From Candidatus Zhuqueibacterota bacterium (GTDB lineage Bacteria; Zhuqueibacterota; Zhuqueibacteria; Thermofontimicrobiales; Thermofontimicrobiaceae): 64,000 nt of DNA. The position numbers were made by a program, and so were the translations under genes. Shown here one piece after another: positions 19,861-29,999 of the stretch (its first letter is position 1; each line of letters opens with the position of its first letter). The stretch spans positions 64,001-128,000 of the forward strand of contig JBMOPW010000044.1 of the NCBI GenBank assembly GCA_049322915.1, read 5' to 3'. Below the pieces are notes generated by a model, which was not told the origin of the DNA, did no database searches, and worked only from the letters and a program-made list of their open reading frames with translations.

Positions 19861-20683
19861 CTAATGATATCTCGCTGGATTGAAAAACTGGTCCATCTTT
19901 ACAGACATACAGATAGGGTTTATTCGGAACTGTCGATTTTACATTACATCCCAGGCAGACACCAAAGCCGCATGCCATCATTGTTTCCAGAGAGAATTGG
20001 CAGGGAATTTTTTCTGTCGCGGCAATTTCTTTGACTTTATTCAACATAACATTGGGCCCGCAGGCAAACAGGCAGGTTTTCCCCGAATGAAGCAAGTCCA
20101 GATTCGCTGCCAGTAAGTCGGTGACGAAGCCCTTGAATCCCAGGGCGCCATCGTCTGTCGCTAACAGACAATGCATCCCCGCCTGTTCGATGTCAGCAAG
20201 GCAGCAAATAGCATCTTTGGACCGATTGCCCCAGAGTAATGTGGTCGGAATAGTGTGACTGGCGAGATACTGCCCCCAAAAGTTGAGCGGAGCGATGCCC
20301 AGACCACCGGCAATTAAAATGGCATGATCGCATGATTCCGGCAGGGTAAAAGAATTACCTAATGGGCCTAAAAAATTGATCGCGTCATCTTTGGAAAATC
20401 TGGCTAAATGCTCCGTTCCGGCTCCGATGACCTGATACAGTAATTCGAACCATCCTGACTGTTTCTCCGTGCGATGGATGCTGAAAGGCCTTCGCAGCAG
20501 AGGTATTGAGTTGTCGGCAGTTTTCACATTGACGAACTGGCCAGGTTTGGCTATTCCCGCGACATCGGCATGGGCGATCCTGATTCGTTTGATGTGTGGT
20601 GTGAGCGCTTCATTTAAAAGGACATGACCCGTGTGAATTGCGTATGTAAAATTCGCCTCCTGACCGGGATTGGGATTCATCAT
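19853..20683 (-). CDS. pyrK: Dihydroorotate dehydrogenase electron-transfer subunit
   Basis: PGQF, LRRPFSI, GGLGIAP, ACGP, MACGFGVCLGC...VCKDGPVF 2Fe-2S motif. Confidence 0.95.
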   Translation of the reverse strand: MMNPNPGQEANFTYAIHTGHVLLNEALTPHIKRIRIAHADVAGIAKPGQFVNVKTADNSIPLLRRPFSIHRTEKQSGWFELLYQVIGAGTEHLARFSKDDAINFLGPLGNSFTLPESCDHAILIAGGLGIAPLNFWGQYLASHTIPTTLLWGNRSKDAICCLADIEQAGMHCLLATDDGALGFKGFVTDLLAANLDLLHSGKTCLFACGPNVMLNKVKEIAATEKIPCQFSLETMMACGFGVCLGCNVKSTVPNKPYLYVCKDGPVFQSSEISLGE

Positions 20684-20688
20684 ATTCG

Positions 20689-22878
20689 TTACCATCGTTT
20701 TAGAGTCGTTCTTCTCGGGTCATTTTTTTCCATTTCAGTGAGCAAGTAGCGCCGATAGGCCGGTTTATCCATTCGGGAGACATCAACTTCTTTTCCAGCA
20801 TCTGCCATTAGCTCATCTTGCTTCGCATCAACACCCTCGGTCGTCTTTTCTGCCGTCTGCTCTTCTTTCTCGGATCCGCCCGAAGTTTTCACCGAAGCAA
20901 CCTCACTCACTTTCTTCTTCACTTTCATGGCATAGCTGGTATTGGGGTATGTATCGATCAAATCTTTGTAAATCTCTAAAGCTTTATCCTGTTGGTTTAA
21001 TTTGTTTTCATAAATCCATCCCATCGTCAGCAACGATTTGGGAGCATATTCTGTCATTGGAAAGTCCTGTCGGATGGTCTGAAATCTATCGATCGCATTG
21101 GTAAAATTTTTTCTGTCAATGTAGGTGTGCTCGGCCAGCAAGAAAATCCGTTCCGCCTCATGTTCCGGGTTATTGCCTGAAATGAAGCTTTTTTTCTTCC
21201 TGACTTCTTTTGCCAGGGTGTGATTCGGGTAATCATTGATCAACCGCGTGAAAACGGAGTCCGCCAGTGTAGTATCGCTTTTGAACGTTTCGCAGATGTA
21301 GCCTATTGCATACAGTGTCTTGGGTAGATTTGTCGATGATGTATCAAACTCAAGGACATCGATATATTGCTTCAATGCAGAATCCGGCTGATTGAATTCA
21401 AAAAGATAGATTTCAGCTAACAGCATTTTATCTTTTATCAGCTCTTCCTTGGGCGTTCCCAATTCGCCGGATTTTAGGGTGATTTTTCTGTTGAGCGTCA
21501 GCAAGAACTCCTTCCGCTTGCCGACTAAATACTGGCGGATTTGGGACGTGTCATTGCCAATGACGGTTTTCAGAGAATCCAGCATTTGCCGCAGCGAATC
21601 CGAGGTGAAAAGTGAATCAATGACGAAGTTGGTTGTATCCGCGATAAGTGAATCGAGCAGACTTTTTTTCTCAAACCCGAAACTGATATTCGAAACCTCA
21701 AGGCTGTCCATCGACGCAGCAATAGAGTCCCCAATCTCGATTTTATGCTGCTGCGCTTCGATGTCGTTTTGCAACTCCAAAAATTCCTTCAGGCTTCGGC
21801 TCTTTGCTCGCGCTTCATCGGAAATATCTGAGCGGGAGAATTCAGCGCTCGCTTTATCGTAGAATTCTTTGGAAAACTGGTACTCAGCTTTTTGCTCCTG
21901 ATAGATTTTACCCAGATAAAAATAGGCCTTGGCAGCTTCTTCGGTCTTGGGATGTTGTTCCACAAGATCATTGTACCATTCCACCGCTAGATCGAAGTCG
22001 GATTTTAATCGGTGACTGTTGGCAATCTCAAGTCGGCATAACGGCCAGTTCTCTTCATTCGAAACATCGCCAAGCAGGTTGGTGAATATTTTTGTGGCTT
22101 CGTCATATTGCTGCATATCCATCAGTGAGAGCCCGGCGCGGTAGGAGGCGTTGAATTCGAATTTATCATCCGGGCTATATTTTTTTGCCAGCTTGAAATT
22201 TTCAACGGACTTAGCATAATTCTTCAATTGATAATAACATTCACCCATTTCAAAATACGAGTTAGCGCGGATATATTTATCCCCCGACCTTTTCGCCGCG
22301 TTATTGTATTCACTGATCGCTGTGACATAGTCTTTTTTATGTCTGAATAATCCACCGAGCAAAAATTGGGCTTCGTCACGAACCCTGCTCTCTGTTTCGC
22401 TCTTCAGGATATCGTGGAAGTTGCTCTCAGCAGTCTCGTAATCGCGCAGTTCGATATTCGTTTTACCCAACCACAGTTGTGATTCAAGAAGAAATTTGCT
22501 ATCAGGGAAATTTTCATACAATTCAAGAAATTTACGTTTGGCTTTGGAGTAATCCTGTTTTCGATAGAAACACTTTCCCAATAAAATTAGCGCGTCATCC
22601 ACGTAGTCGCTTTTAGGATAAAGTTCGAGGACTTTAGAGGCTTTCTCGATGGAACTGTTATAATTCTTCAATTCGGAGGGAGATGGTTTATTCAGGTCGG
22701 TTTCAGTGTCCTGTTTCTTTTTCTTCAAATCATCGATTCGCTTTTCGCGCTCATTTTCAGCATCATTAAAATATTTTTTCGCGTTGAAAAACGTGTTGTA
22801 ATAAGCGCAACCAGAAAAGATGACGAGTAGGATGAGTAGAATTTTCGCTGAACTGAATTTCATAAAATGACATTTCAT
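20689..22878 (-). CDS. TPR-repeat lipoprotein (SprE/PorW-like)
   Basis: Lipobox IFSGC then AYYNTFFNAKKYF; many TPR repeats; ATGA overlap with cobB. Confidence 0.8.
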   Translation of the reverse strand: MKCHFMKFSSAKILLILLVIFSGCAYYNTFFNAKKYFNDAENEREKRIDDLKKKKQDTETDLNKPSPSELKNYNSSIEKASKVLELYPKSDYVDDALILLGKCFYRKQDYSKAKRKFLELYENFPDSKFLLESQLWLGKTNIELRDYETAESNFHDILKSETESRVRDEAQFLLGGLFRHKKDYVTAISEYNNAAKRSGDKYIRANSYFEMGECYYQLKNYAKSVENFKLAKKYSPDDKFEFNASYRAGLSLMDMQQYDEATKIFTNLLGDVSNEENWPLCRLEIANSHRLKSDFDLAVEWYNDLVEQHPKTEEAAKAYFYLGKIYQEQKAEYQFSKEFYDKASAEFSRSDISDEARAKSRSLKEFLELQNDIEAQQHKIEIGDSIAASMDSLEVSNISFGFEKKSLLDSLIADTTNFVIDSLFTSDSLRQMLDSLKTVIGNDTSQIRQYLVGKRKEFLLTLNRKITLKSGELGTPKEELIKDKMLLAEIYLFEFNQPDSALKQYIDVLEFDTSSTNLPKTLYAIGYICETFKSDTTLADSVFTRLINDYPNHTLAKEVRKKKSFISGNNPEHEAERIFLLAEHTYIDRKNFTNAIDRFQTIRQDFPMTEYAPKSLLTMGWIYENKLNQQDKALEIYKDLIDTYPNTSYAMKVKKKVSEVASVKTSGGSEKEEQTAEKTTEGVDAKQDELMADAGKEVDVSRMDKPAYRRYLLTEMEKNDPRRTTLKRW

Positions 22879-23609
22879 TGAAGTGATTTGATTTTTGCTA
22901 TCAGCAGTGGCAAGATGAAGCCAGCTTTGCCCAGAATGGATTCGTCCAATAAATGCGAAATGGCTGTTGGTTCGGTGTTGATTTCGACTGTATATGCGCC
23001 GCTTTTTTTCGCTTCAAGTGGAAGAGATGCGGCTGGTTGCACAACCGACGATGTCCCGATCGACAAAAAAGTATCTGTATTCGTGGTTGCATGAAAGGCA
23101 TTTTTCAGAGCGTACTCCGGCAGCGGTTCGCCGAACCAGACAATATCCGGTCGAATCAGTCCTCCGCATTCGCATCGCGGCAAAAGAAATGAGCCATTCA
23201 ACGCCAGATTATCGTGATGTTTATTACAATCAACGCAGCGATTCCTCATTATGTTCCCATGGAGTTCATATATTTTCCTGCTGCCAGCGCGTACATGAAG
23301 ATTGTCGATATTCTGAGTGATGAGCGCAAACGCCGGGAACATTTGCTCCATTTCCACTAAAGCGAGATGCCCGGCATTTGGCTTTATGGTGTGAAGTAAT
23401 TGCAGTCTGTAATTATAGAGTTCCAGCGCCAGGTGGGGGTTATTCAGAATGTCGTCGAAATTGGCCAGTTCATTCAGCCGATATTTTTTCCATAAACCAT
23501 CGGCGCCTCGGAATGTGGGCACTCCGCTTTCGGCGGAAATTCCAGCGCCTGTTAATACGGTGACACTTTGAGAGTGAAGAAATTTCTCTAATAATTGATC
23601 GGAAAACAT
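22875..23609 (-). CDS. cobB: NAD-dependent protein deacylase (class III sirtuin)
   Basis: GAGISAESGVPTFRG, YNYR, TQNIDNLH, HG, CxxC..CxC, RPDIVWFGE, GTS. Confidence 0.95.
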   Translation of the reverse strand: MFSDQLLEKFLHSQSVTVLTGAGISAESGVPTFRGADGLWKKYRLNELANFDDILNNPHLALELYNYRLQLLHTIKPNAGHLALVEMEQMFPAFALITQNIDNLHVRAGSRKIYELHGNIMRNRCVDCNKHHDNLALNGSFLLPRCECGGLIRPDIVWFGEPLPEYALKNAFHATTNTDTFLSIGTSSVVQPAASLPLEAKKSGAYTVEINTEPTAISHLLDESILGKAGFILPLLIAKIKSLQ

Positions 23610-24402
23610 ATCGGCTCCACTGAACAAACGGCCAAAAGATAGTATATTTATTTTTAAGAAGCAAGAATTTTGTTGCCAGGTAGGGTTGACATTGCAGAGC
23701 TCACTGCGTTGGTGGACAGAGTACATGTGATTTGTACCGTTAATTCAATGGAATCCCTGAATTCACAGAATATGTGACGAAAGTCAGAAGGCAGAAAAAT
23801 TGCTGGCCTGTTCAATCTCCATGATGTCCTGGGCAATAGCACGAGGGAACAAATCTGTCGAGATACTCATGAAGTGTTATTCACAATAATGATATATTTT
23901 AAACAACTGCTAAATTATTGTAATTTTAAAGTAGATAATTAGAATTGTCTTGATATTCATAATATTTTTTGTTATTATTCAAAGAGTTAAACAAAAACAG
24001 TGATGGCAATAATTATAAATTAATTTGATAGATAAATAAGTAATTCTTGTAAACAGCTAAAATAAAATAAATTGGGTCATTTTCAAAAAACGAAAAGAAT
24101 TGTAAGTGTTATTTTATCCCATTGAAATGAATGAAATTGCAGAGGCGAACCCTGACTAAAAAATAATCAGCTTTGGCGTAGAGAAAATTCCCATAAATTG
24201 TATCCCAGAATGTGATAAGAGACATGGTGCATTTCAGGTAAAAGTTATAAGTTGTTACACTATTATATTATTTAATAAAATTCTCTTCTCGATTTTTGAT
24301 GAATTAATTTGGAGTTATGTCGATATACAATTTATCGTGGGACTTTTCTCTCGGGCAAACCGGTGCAATGAGATTTGTTCGATGATAAACTTTGGAGGTC
24401 CT

Positions 24403-24909
24403 ATGATGAGAAGGGATAGAATCTTCCCTGTTATAATTACTGTACTTGTTTTGATCGGCGCCACGGGTTATTTCGATGTCTCGGCCCAGGATCAGAAATA
24501 TCCGCGAGGTGCGCAGTACTATCTTGGAACCGATGATCAATTACTGATTAAAGTAAATATCTGGGGATTTGTTGCCAAGCCGGGGCAATATTTGGTTCCG
24601 AACGACACCGATTTAATTTCACTCATTTCATTCGCCGGCGGGCCCAGGGATGGGGCAAAATTAAATAGCATAAAATTAATAAGGGACATGAATCCGGAAG
24701 ATAAAGTTGAAAAAATTCTGGAGGTCAATGTCCAGAAATATATCAATGATGGAAATGAGTCCTTGATTCCCACATTAAAACCGGGCGATACAATTATCGT
24801 CTCGGGATCCATCTGGTATCACATTGGGGAGTATTTAGCCTTTGTCACCAAGATCGCGACGCTGGTGCAGATTTACTGGCTGGTTGTTTATTATGCAGCG
24901 AAAGAATGA
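24403..24909 (+). CDS. SLBB-domain protein (related to polysaccharide-export proteins)
   Basis: Signal peptide, VNIWGFVAKPGQY..P...LISLISFAGG, LKPGDTIIV, C-terminal hydrophobic helix. Confidence 0.8.
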   Translation: MMRRDRIFPVIITVLVLIGATGYFDVSAQDQKYPRGAQYYLGTDDQLLIKVNIWGFVAKPGQYLVPNDTDLISLISFAGGPRDGAKLNSIKLIRDMNPEDKVEKILEVNVQKYINDGNESLIPTLKPGDTIIVSGSIWYHIGEYLAFVTKIATLVQIYWLVVYYAAKE

Positions 24910-24972
24910 CATCGATCCATTCAATATATGTGGTGATTGCCAATTAAGTTGTTGTAACATATAAAATAACTG

Positions 24973-25001
24973 TTGACAATATTCAAAAAAAAAGATAATT
25001 T
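24973..25001 (+). promoter_or_regulatory. sigma70 promoter
   Basis: TTGACA-17-TAATTT. Confidence 0.6.
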
Positions 25002-25071
25002 ATAGGCATCAAACCCAAAATAATTCGCTATACTTCGTTGGTAAAATGACATCAATGTGGAGGTTTGAATC

Positions 25072-26259
25072 ATGAAATTATGGAAAGTGGTATGTGGGGG
25101 GATGTTGTTTGTCATAATGTTCTCGACAGCGACTGAGTTGTTCAGCAATGGCTTGAACGGGGGTAGAGGACTTACCTACGTAAAATCGGCGTGGAACCTG
25201 AAGCCAGGATACTTGACATTATACGCCCGAAGCCGCTTTTTCGGAAAAGTGGCGTCAATTACTGAGACTAATAGTACTGCGGCTACTTATTGGGATGTGC
25301 AGGGCGCGTTAAGTTTAAACTATGGGATAAATGAACACATCGAGCTTGCCATTTCACCGATCATGTATCAAGACACTCATAAAGGAGAAAGTGGGTATAA
25401 TTTGCCCGATGACTTATTTATGGGTGTGAAATTTGGCTCGTATAATTTAAAAGGAAGCTCGCTAACCTATGGTGTATGCCTTGACGCAAGATTCCCAACA
25501 GGTAAATATCATAATTTGCCCCTTGAGCCATATTCAGCCGGAAATGTGGAATGGGGATTCACTGGGATGCTGACTTATTCAAAAGACCCGCTGTATCCCG
25601 AAGAAAATTTGAATGTTCATCTCAACCTGAGCTATGTGAACCATAATGATGTCGGCGAAATACTGAGCGCAAGTGAGAATGATAATGTTTCTGTTTCTGC
25701 CATGAGCCAGCAATTCCTGTATGGATTGGGAATAAAGGTCCCCACATCGGAATTTGATTTCTCGGTTGAACTTTACGGGAACGGTTTCATTCAAAAACCA
25801 CCAATGGAAACCGCCTATAGTGTGGAGAATTATCTCTACATCACACCAGGCGTCAGCTTCAAGGCTTCCCGCTGGTTGACATTGAATTTCGGTGCTGATT
25901 TAAGATTGAGTTCTGATAATGATGAGACGTTGTATTCATATGGTGGAGGACTTCCGGAAGATATGCCAAACTACCCAAGTTGGCGAATCAATCTCGGACT
26001 GAATGCATTGCTATTGCCAACGAGCGTATATAAAACGAGCGATAAAGACGTCCTGATGAAGAAGGCGGAGAGTCGAAGGGAATTGTTTGAACAAATCATC
26101 AAGGAACAGCGGGAAACCGAATCGGCTGAAGAGGAATTGGAGCGAATTAAGGAAGAACGAAGAAAGGCCGAACGCGAACTTGAACGGTTGCGCCGGATTC
26201 TCGAAGGTGATTTAAAGAAGAAAAAAGAAAATTCAACGACCGAGGAAGAGAAGAAGTAG
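25072..26259 (+). CDS. Putative outer-membrane beta-barrel with C-terminal charged coiled coil
   Basis: Signal peptide, alternating aromatic beta-strands, then E/R/K-rich helical tail. Confidence 0.7.
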   Translation: MKLWKVVCGGMLFVIMFSTATELFSNGLNGGRGLTYVKSAWNLKPGYLTLYARSRFFGKVASITETNSTAATYWDVQGALSLNYGINEHIELAISPIMYQDTHKGESGYNLPDDLFMGVKFGSYNLKGSSLTYGVCLDARFPTGKYHNLPLEPYSAGNVEWGFTGMLTYSKDPLYPEENLNVHLNLSYVNHNDVGEILSASENDNVSVSAMSQQFLYGLGIKVPTSEFDFSVELYGNGFIQKPPMETAYSVENYLYITPGVSFKASRWLTLNFGADLRLSSDNDETLYSYGGGLPEDMPNYPSWRINLGLNALLLPTSVYKTSDKDVLMKKAESRRELFEQIIKEQRETESAEEELERIKEERRKAERELERLRRILEGDLKKKKENSTTEEEKK

Positions 26260-26286
26260 CTTCACCGTATATGTATGCAAAAGTTT

Positions 26287-26328
26287 AAAGCTCCTTTATC
26301 TGATTTCATGAGATGAGGAGCTTTTTTT
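26287..26328 (+). terminator. Intrinsic terminator
   Basis: AAAGCTCCT...AGGAGCTTT stem plus T-run. Confidence 0.8.
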
Positions 26329-26382
26329 ATACTATGTTCAAATGATTTGAAGGTTGCATTTCGTTAATAAAATATAAATTGC

Positions 26383-26411
26383 TTGACTTTTTATTTGTCT
26401 TCAAGTATATT
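26383..26411 (+). promoter_or_regulatory. sigma70 promoter
   Basis: TTGACT-17-TATATT. Confidence 0.65.
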
Positions 26412-26551
26412 TTCAATGCTAAATGCAGACGTCGTAAAAGATGAATTTCCCCAATTCGCCCATAGCCTATTTCGAATTTTGAGCAATGAGGAGTTCTCAT
26501 AATAGTGCCCTAATTTTCAACAGTGTTGGTGATCCACCATGGAGGTGTTGC

Positions 26552-28030
26552 ATGTACTTAATTCGGAGTAATAAGGGTAGAAAAAATTATGTCGTACTGG
26601 CTTTCTCGCAATTGATCGTTGTATTGTCTCTGGTTCAAGTTCCTCTGCTCTTCGGCCAGAACGATGTCAAGGCTCGAATCTTTCAAGAAACAGAAATGCT
26701 TTTAAAACAAGCGAAAGGGGAGCAGGCAGATTTGTTATCGCCAACAAATTACGCCGGGGCCATCGAGAAATATGAAGATGCTTCCAGAGAATTTGATCAC
26801 GGCAAAAATGTTCAAAAAAAAATTGAAGAAACTAATGACCTGTTGACTGCCGCAATCGAAAACTCTAAAATAGCCCGGTTGACATTTTCGCATCTCCTGG
26901 CGGCTCGGGAAGATGCGCTTGAAGCGAACGCTATCGAATTCTCCCAGGACTTGTACGAAAAGGCGGAGAATGAATTTTTGAATACAGCGAAAGTGCTGGA
27001 AAAAGGATCAGTGAATAAAGCGAAAGAGCAGGCGATAAAAGTCGAGCAACTTTTCCGCGAGGCAGAGTTGGTCGCCATTAAAGCGAGCATCATTGGCAAT
27101 GTGAAAAATTTATTAGCCCAGGCTTATGAGGAAAATGTTCATAAATATGCCCCGATTTCTTTGAAATCGTCTCAGGCGTTGTTGCTGGAATCAGAGAAAA
27201 TTCTGAATAGCGACAGAAGCGCCAAAACAGAGGCGCGCGAAAAAGCTGAGGCAGCCCGGTACGAAGCCAACCATGCCATGTATTTAGCTAATTTGATCAA
27301 ATCGATGGAAGGCGATGAGACAAATTGGGAGAAACTCATTCTCAAACACGAAAATTATATGGCTCAGCTTCTCGCGAATCTGGGATTTAAGCCGGCATTC
27401 GATGAGGGTTTTGAAACCCCAATGAAATCGGCGAACCTGGCGATTCAAAACCTGAAGCAGGAGATTAAGCAACTATCCGACGAGATTTCCTCGCAGGATC
27501 AAATGATGGCATCGCTTCAATCGGATTTGAACAATCTGAAAATTGAACTGGATAAATCGAAAGAGAAACAGGAGGGACTCAAGGCAAAACTGCTGCTGGA
27601 AGAGCAGGAAAAGGATAAGTTTAAGAAGATTGAGTCGATACTGGGAAAGGAACAGGCCAAGGTATTCAGAGAAGGCGATCAAGTTCGTATCAGGCTGTTA
27701 GGCCTGAATTTCAACAGCGGAAATGCGATCATTGAGCCGGATTACTTCAATCTGCTAACTCAATTGCAGCGAGTCATTCGCCTTTTTCCGAATAATTATA
27801 TCACGATCGAAGGCCATACCGATAACGTCGGTGACGAGCGGCTGAACCAGTCTCTTTCTCTCAAACGGGCCAAGGCGGTGATGACGTATCTCATGGCAAA
27901 TATGCAGCTTTCTGTTCAGCAAATTTCTGCCCTCGGTTATGGAGAGAGCAAGCCAATCGCTTCCAATGAAACGTCGGTGGGACGCGCTCAAAATCGTCGG
28001 ATTGATGTAGTCCTATCCCCAACTCCCTGA
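26552..28030 (+). CDS. OmpA/MotB C-terminal-domain protein with long helical N-terminal region
   Basis: IEGHTDNVG...NQSLSLKRAKAV, GYGESKPIASN, GRAQNRRID; GGAGG RBS before ATG 26552. Confidence 0.92.
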   Translation: MYLIRSNKGRKNYVVLAFSQLIVVLSLVQVPLLFGQNDVKARIFQETEMLLKQAKGEQADLLSPTNYAGAIEKYEDASREFDHGKNVQKKIEETNDLLTAAIENSKIARLTFSHLLAAREDALEANAIEFSQDLYEKAENEFLNTAKVLEKGSVNKAKEQAIKVEQLFREAELVAIKASIIGNVKNLLAQAYEENVHKYAPISLKSSQALLLESEKILNSDRSAKTEAREKAEAARYEANHAMYLANLIKSMEGDETNWEKLILKHENYMAQLLANLGFKPAFDEGFETPMKSANLAIQNLKQEIKQLSDEISSQDQMMASLQSDLNNLKIELDKSKEKQEGLKAKLLLEEQEKDKFKKIESILGKEQAKVFREGDQVRIRLLGLNFNSGNAIIEPDYFNLLTQLQRVIRLFPNNYITIEGHTDNVGDERLNQSLSLKRAKAVMTYLMANMQLSVQQISALGYGESKPIASNETSVGRAQNRRIDVVLSPTP

Positions 28031-28045
28031 ATCATGATTTCGAAT

Positions 28046-28074
28046 CGGGGCTCTTTTACGCGAGCCCCGTTTTT
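28046..28074 (+). terminator. Intrinsic terminator
   Basis: CGGGGCTC/GAGCCCCG stem plus TTTTT. Confidence 0.85.
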
Positions 28075-28162
28075 ATTTGGACCAGAGGCAGTTTACCATG
28101 ATTTAGTTTACACATCGTGTTGATTCGAGAAATTTTTGTTTGTCCTAAAAAAATATTTTCCC

Positions 28163-28720
28163 ATGAATAAAAAAAAATTGCTTCTCCATAGTTGCTGCGG
28201 CCCTTGCACAACAGTCCCGGTTGAACGGTTGTGGGATGAATATGAAATTGTCAGCTTTGAATACAATCCAAATATCCATCCGGAAACAGAACACCAATTG
28301 CGGCTGACAGAATTAGACCGGTTGACGGACGAGCTTGGCATTGATCTGATCGTCGCTGAGTACGATCCTGAGCGGTGGTTCAGCCTTGTGAAAGGGCTTG
28401 AAACGGAGCCGGAAGGCGGTGAACGATGCGCCATCTGCTTCCGGATGCGGTTGGAGCGCGCGGCAATGTTCGCAAAAGAAAATGGCTTTGATTTTTATAC
28501 AACCACGCTCACCATCAGCCCGCACAAAAATGCGGAGCGGATCAATAAAATCGGCGCTGAAATTGCCCGCCAGCACGGGGTGAATTTTCTGGAATGCAAT
28601 TTTAAGAAGAAAGATGGTTATAGTCGCAGCATTGAATTGAGCAAAGCATATCAACTGTATCGACAAAATTATTGCGGGTGTATTTACAGCCGCAGAAGCG
28701 AACTGGCCGAACGAGGTTAG
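28163..28720 (+). CDS. queH: Epoxyqueuosine reductase QueH
   Basis: LLLHSCCGPC, YNPNIHP, EPEGGERCAICF..RL, TTLTISPHK, YRQNYCGC. Confidence 0.95.
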   Translation: MNKKKLLLHSCCGPCTTVPVERLWDEYEIVSFEYNPNIHPETEHQLRLTELDRLTDELGIDLIVAEYDPERWFSLVKGLETEPEGGERCAICFRMRLERAAMFAKENGFDFYTTTLTISPHKNAERINKIGAEIARQHGVNFLECNFKKKDGYSRSIELSKAYQLYRQNYCGCIYSRRSELAERG

Positions 28721-28723
28721 CCC

Positions 28724-29740
28724 ATGAAAGAAGCCATGTTTTATCATGCGATCGATGATAAAACCATTCAATGCGATTTATGTCCCCATCGATGTAAACT
28801 GAAAGACAATCAATTCGGGATATGCGGGGTGCGTCAAAATCGTTCGGGCGCTTTGTATTCGTTGGTTTACGGTCGTGCTATTGCGATGCATGTAGACCCC
28901 ATTGAAAAAAAACCCCTCTTCCACGTTTCTCCCGGCTCTCAATCCTTTTCAATCGCAACGGCAGGCTGCAATTTCAAGTGTAAATTTTGCCAGAATTATG
29001 AAATTTCCCAATTGCGAGATGCTGAGAATTTAATGCAGATTGGGCAGGAATTGGAGCCCGCTGAAATCGTTGCATCGGCGAAACAGTCTGGCTGCGCATC
29101 TATCGCTTACACCTATACCGAGCCGACTGTGTATTTTGAATATGCCTGGGATACTGCAAAATTAGCCCATCGGGAAAATATCCTGAACATATTTGTCAGC
29201 AACGGTTTTATCAGCGAAGAACCGCTTTACATGATGCACGATGTATTGAATGCACTGAATGTGGATTTGAAAAGCTATCGAGATGAGTTTTATAAAAAAA
29301 ATGTTGGTGCGCGTCTGACCCCTGTTCTGGATGCGCTTCGGGTTATGAAAAAGCTGAAATTCTGGATTGAAATAACTACACTGATCATCCCGGGTGAGAA
29401 TGATTCAAAAGATGAATTGACCGATATCGCCACATTCATTCGGACTGAATTAGGCCCGGAAGTGCCCTGGCACATCAGTCGCTTTTATCCGCATTACAAA
29501 TTTTCGCATTATCCTCCCACGCCGATTGCTACACTCAAATCAGCCTACGAAATCGGAAAGCAGCAGGGATTGCGTTACGTCTATCTGGGCAATGCTCCGG
29601 GTGAAAAAGAAGAGAACACCTATTGCTATCATTGCGGGAGATTGCTCATTGAACGGCGAGGTTTTCAAATCACTCAGTATCACGTGATCGATGGCGCGTG
29701 TCAATACTGCCATACGCCACTCGATGGTCTGAAGGTATAG
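28724..29740 (+). CDS. amrS: AmmeMemoRadiSam system radical SAM enzyme
   Basis: CDLCPHRC, G.CGVR.N, DPIEKKPLFH, GCNFKCKFCQN, YTYTEP, WHISRFYP, C-terminal CxxC pairs. Confidence 0.93.
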   Translation: MKEAMFYHAIDDKTIQCDLCPHRCKLKDNQFGICGVRQNRSGALYSLVYGRAIAMHVDPIEKKPLFHVSPGSQSFSIATAGCNFKCKFCQNYEISQLRDAENLMQIGQELEPAEIVASAKQSGCASIAYTYTEPTVYFEYAWDTAKLAHRENILNIFVSNGFISEEPLYMMHDVLNALNVDLKSYRDEFYKKNVGARLTPVLDALRVMKKLKFWIEITTLIIPGENDSKDELTDIATFIRTELGPEVPWHISRFYPHYKFSHYPPTPIATLKSAYEIGKQQGLRYVYLGNAPGEKEENTYCYHCGRLLIERRGFQITQYHVIDGACQYCHTPLDGLKV

Positions 29741-29999
29741 TTACAGCTTGCTGCGCTGCTTTGAGGATTCTTGTCATAACTCCAAATTTCAATTTTCGGC
29801 AAGTATTTTTCATGCGGGATATTGTCCAACATAAAGCCAATGGTGAAACCGGAAATTGCCGCGATTGTTACACCAAGACAGCCTGCTCCACCCGTATTGT
29901 TTTTCATGCCAGCGGGGGAAGCGCTGATCCCAACTGTGGAACACCCTTCAAGCACAGTAAATGACATGATAAATTTGAGTCAACCAGCCTGTTTAAATT

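Noticed and set aside
24340..24375. GGGCAAACCGG as a c-di-GMP-I riboswitch
   Set aside because: Lacks the GNRA loop and downstream GGACGCAAAGC element
29812..29964. 50-aa Cys-containing ORF (CRDC...C...C) after the radical SAM gene, as a RiPP precursor
   Set aside because: No RBS, and AmrS lacks SPASM/RRE features of peptide maturases; probably a chance ORF
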